A stretch of DNA of 64,000 nucleotides from Bacillota bacterium (lineage in GTDB: Bacteria; Bacillota; Sulfobacillia; JBFMBV01). The DNA is taken from contig JBFMBV010000002.1 in NCBI GenBank assembly GCA_040755005.1, positions 13,761 through 77,760 on the forward strand, read 5' to 3'. The first letter of the stretch is position 1, and the number at the start of each line of letters is the position of its first letter. The notes beneath the pieces were generated by a model, which was not told the DNA's origin, did not search any database, and was given only the letters and a program-made list of their open reading frames with translations. Shown here piece by piece: positions 63,962 to 64,000 of this stretch. A program made the position numbers and the translations under genes.

Positions 63962-64000
63962 AGGCGTTGTGGGCGACCCTGCAACTCACCCTGAACAACA
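63958..64000 (+). CDS. Second ABC-2 permease paralog, 3' partial (runs off window)
   Basis: MKALWATLQLTLNN parallels the N-terminus of the 61500 permease; ATGA overlap with the ATPase stop. Confidence 0.4.
   Translation, partial: MKALWATLQLTLNN

Overview
This window is high-GC, Firmicute-like chromosomal DNA, read by eye with no searches run. Its backbone keeps the gene order of the Bacillus subtilis yqeZ–yqf–era–recO–glyQS–ppdK–dnaG–sigA region: nfeD, floA, yqfC/yqfD sporulation genes, phoH, pgpH-like HD protein, ybeY, dgkA, cdd, era, recO, T-box-controlled glyQS, PDRP+ppdK, dgt, dnaG and sigA, with mgtE inserted. A tRNA-Asn(GUU) at 27.16 kb is followed by a clear accessory island of about 21 kb. 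The island starts with a degenerate second copy of the tRNA 3' end and terminator. It carries a frameshifted Panacea(DUF4065)–DUF488 gene. Next is a translationally coupled 4-gene defence operon: an SNF2/DEAH helicase with DUF3883, an AT-richer OLD-family ATPase–Toprim nuclease, a DUF1156 N6-adenine-type methyltransferase, and a DUF499 BrxC/PglY-like ATPase. Together they look like a BREX-related, methylation-associated system. Immediately downstream is a complete type V-B CRISPR-Cas locus: an unusually large 1468-aa Cas12b, a Cas4–Cas1 fusion, Cas2, a leader with a candidate tracrRNA anti-repeat, and a 24-repeat array. Downstream of the island is a sigma-54 module. It comprises a sensor kinase with a periplasmic solute-binding domain, an NtrC-type activator, and a perfect -24/-12 promoter in front of a formiminotransferase and a TAXI-TRAP transporter. 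After it come a SAM methyltransferase, an ECF-S-like membrane protein, a HEPN–TPR protein, a GGDEF/HD-GYP protein and an ABC exporter. Most minus-strand ORFs in the supplied track are high-GC artefacts.
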